Shown here: in pieces, positions 63,760 to 64,000 of the stretch
Layout of the letters: every line of letters starts with the position of its first letter
How positions within the stretch are numbered: position 1 is the first letter of the stretch
Origin: Octopus sinensis
Taxonomy: Eukaryota
Length of the DNA: 64,000 nt
NCBI RefSeq assembly: GCF_006345805.1
Contig: NC_043003.1
Location: forward strand, 50,468,001 to 50,532,000
Reading direction: 5' to 3'
Translations under genes and position numbers: made by a program
Notes under the pieces: generated by a model
The model's input: only the letters and a program-made list of their open reading frames with translations
Databases searched by the model: none
Told to the model about the DNA's origin: nothing

Positions 63760-64000
63760 GTGGAGGTGCAATGGCCCAGTGGTTAGGGCAGCGGACTCGC
63801 GGTCGGAGGATCGCGGTTTCGATTCCCAAACCGGGCGTTGTGTGTGTTTTTTGAGTGAAAACACCTAAACCTCCACAAAGCTCCGGCAGAGGGTGGTGGC
63901 GACCCCTCTTGTACTCTTTCGCCCCAACTTTCTCTCACTCTTTCTTCCTGCTTCTTGAGTAACGCTACGATGGACTGGCTTGGGGGAACACGTACGCCAC
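63760..64000 (+). mobile_element. tRNA-derived SINE family C, cut by the window end
   Basis: gtggaggtgcaatggcccagtggttagggcagcggactcgcgg...gtttcgattccc: tRNA-like head (resembles tRNA-Arg) continuing into the shared central domain. Confidence 0.88.

Noticed and set aside
63760-63840. tRNA genes at the SINE heads (also 40873, 43204, 24160-24237, 16590-16687, 28590-28686)
   Set aside because: A/B boxes are present, but there is no proper acceptor stem, and each continues into a shared SINE body, some with TSDs.

Overview
AT-rich, microsatellite-saturated eukaryotic (animal) DNA, either intronic or intergenic. The repeat families (several tRNA-derived SINEs, RTE, L1/Tx1 and RLE-type LINE relics, mariner, Helitron-like and Penelope-like relics) look like those of an octopus/coleoid cephalopod genome; this is an inference from recognition, not a search result. 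No complete protein-coding gene, rRNA, true tRNA gene or CRISPR array is supportable. Nearly all ORFs in the supplied track are translations of microsatellites or of transposon relics. A few isolated candidate exons with good splice signals exist on both strands, at low confidence. The most interesting structure is: (i) several fold-back elements carrying minimal Penelope-type hammerhead-ribozyme cores; (ii) a mariner derivative built from two inverted left ends; (iii) elements that sit specifically in (AAT)n or (TACA)n repeats; (iv) one SINE head carrying different 3' tails, plus a SINE-head/RTE-tail chimera; (v) two adjacent ~0.8 kb tandem duplications bounded by (TA)n; (vi) a wobble-only 23-bp hairpin. 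I did not find a clearly new protein-coding system. Coordinates were counted by hand and element ends may be off by several bases.
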